NCBI GenBank assembly: GCA_947455025.1
Contig: CANGLU010000001.1
Coordinates: 29,106-93,105 of the forward strand
Length of the DNA: 64,000 nt
From: Hyphomicrobiales bacterium
Lineage (GTDB): Bacteria; Pseudomonadota; Alphaproteobacteria; Rhizobiales; Beijerinckiaceae
Direction: 5' to 3'
Shown: one piece after another, positions 63,101-64,000 of the stretch
Layout: the number at the start of each line of letters is the position of its first letter
How positions within the stretch are numbered: the stretch's first letter is position 1
Made by a program: the position numbers and the translations under genes
The notes under the pieces: model-generated
What the model saw: only the letters and a program-made list of their open reading frames with translations
The model's database searches: none
Told to the model about the DNA's origin: nothing

Positions 63101-63806
63101 ACGTCGGATTGGATAGCGCGATAGTTGAAGGCTGAATGAGACCGGCCGACATCACAAGCTTTGCCGCATCATCAATCGAGATGTTGACCTCAACAACCTC
63201 GCTCTTTTTCAAATAAAGAAAAAATCCGGTCGTCGGATTGGGCGAGCATGGCAGAAAGCACGAGACGTAATCGTCCGATCCCGGCAGCGCTTCAAGCACC
63301 TGCCCCTCAGGAGAGGCCGATATAAACACAATCGACCACAAGCCTTTACCCGGATATTCGATCAACCCGACTTTGCGAAACGAGGTACCCGATTGCGAAA
63401 ACAGCGTCTCGAAAATTTGCTTCATGCCCTTATAAAGACCGCGCACAACAGGCATACGACCCAACGCCGTCTCGCTGATGCTGATCATCCAGCGTCCAAC
63501 GAGATTAGCCGTCAAAAATCCCAATAAAGTCAGGCTGACGAAAGCGATGATCAGTCCGAGACCTGGCACATTATAAGGCGCAAGCCACGCGGGAAAAAAG
63601 CCGGCCGGAATAAGCGGCTTAAACCACGCATCGATTAGTCCGATAATCCACGTCGTAATATAAACGGTTACGGCGAGCGGACCCGCGATCACGATACCGG
63701 TGAAAAAATAACCCCTGATCCGTTGGCTAATCGTCGGACGAACCGCGGCAATGGGCATAAAAGGGCCAGCCTCGCGCAGGTCAGAGGGATGTTCATTCGC
63801 CATCAT
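63087..63806 (-). CDS. DUF502 domain-containing membrane protein
   Basis: The 239-aa ORF has two N-terminal transmembrane helices and the motif P..RGLYKGMKQIFETLF. Its 3' end overlaps the recG 3' end by 14 nt. Confidence 0.8.
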   Translation of the reverse strand: MMANEHPSDLREAGPFMPIAAVRPTISQRIRGYFFTGIVIAGPLAVTVYITTWIIGLIDAWFKPLIPAGFFPAWLAPYNVPGLGLIIAFVSLTLLGFLTANLVGRWMISISETALGRMPVVRGLYKGMKQIFETLFSQSGTSFRKVGLIEYPGKGLWSIVFISASPEGQVLEALPGSDDYVSCFLPCSPNPTTGFFLYLKKSEVVEVNISIDDAAKLVMSAGLIQPSTIALSNPTSNQL

Positions 63807-63874
63807 CAGAAAATCCGTTCAGTACCCAACCTAAAGCCACGCATAGCAGTCTTGAACGAAAAAATCGATTGGGA

Positions 63875-64000
63875 TTATTCCACCGTCACCGATTTCGCCA
63901 GATTACGCGGCTGATCGACATCCTTACCCAAGGCCACAGCCGTGTGATAAGCGAGCAATTGAATCGGCACGGAATAGGCAATCGCTGCAAAGCGCGGATT
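63875..64000 (-). CDS. glmS: glutamine-fructose-6-phosphate aminotransferase, C-terminal fragment (5' part lies right of the window)
   Basis: My minus-strand translation ends ...[41 protein letters not shown], the canonical GlmS C-terminus. It is absent from the ORF track because the start lies outside the window. Confidence 0.9.
   Translation of the reverse strand, partial: NPRFAAIAYSVPIQLLAYHTAVALGKDVDQPRNLAKSVTVE

Overview
This 64 kb window looks like a gene-dense core chromosomal segment of an alphaproteobacterium, probably order Hyphomicrobiales/Rhizobiales. The taxonomic call is inferred from pcs, an IalB-family gene, hdaA, a DUF1127 gene, a GTTC-N7-GTTC SOS box and rhizobial-type synteny; GC is roughly 50-55% by eye. 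I call about 58 protein-coding genes, nearly all recognisable housekeeping functions:
- DNA repair and replication: mfd, uvrA, ssb, recG, gyrA, hdaA.
- tRNA modification and charging: tgt, queA, trmFO, serS, argS, aspS.
- Protein export: yajC-secD-secF, tatABC.
- Chromosome segregation and cell wall: scpAB, nagZ, a SPOR protein, an NlpD-like peptidase.
- Polyphosphate, purine and nucleotide metabolism: ppk1-ppx, purMN, ndk, dgt.
- Other: maeB, dctA, surE-pcm.

I found no rRNA, tRNA, CRISPR array, IS element, prophage, toxin-antitoxin pair or recognisable defence island. I cannot support a novel multi-gene system in this window.

The observations most worth a second look are small-scale:
- a CcsR/cuckoo-like sRNA candidate with C/U-rich loops directly behind a DUF1127 gene;
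- a periplasmic cyclophilin split by a 1-nt frameshift in a G4 run;
- a strong plus-oriented terminator with no plus-strand gene in the AT-rich queA-ppiB spacer;
- a terminator-like hairpin in the gyrA leader;
- a lysine/alanine-rich tail on ppiB;
- a 582-aa secreted protein with no recognisable family;
- candidate LexA, DnaA and PhoB sites.

Several ORF-track starts are TTG or GTG or are over-extended. I re-set those by hand and say so in the evidence.
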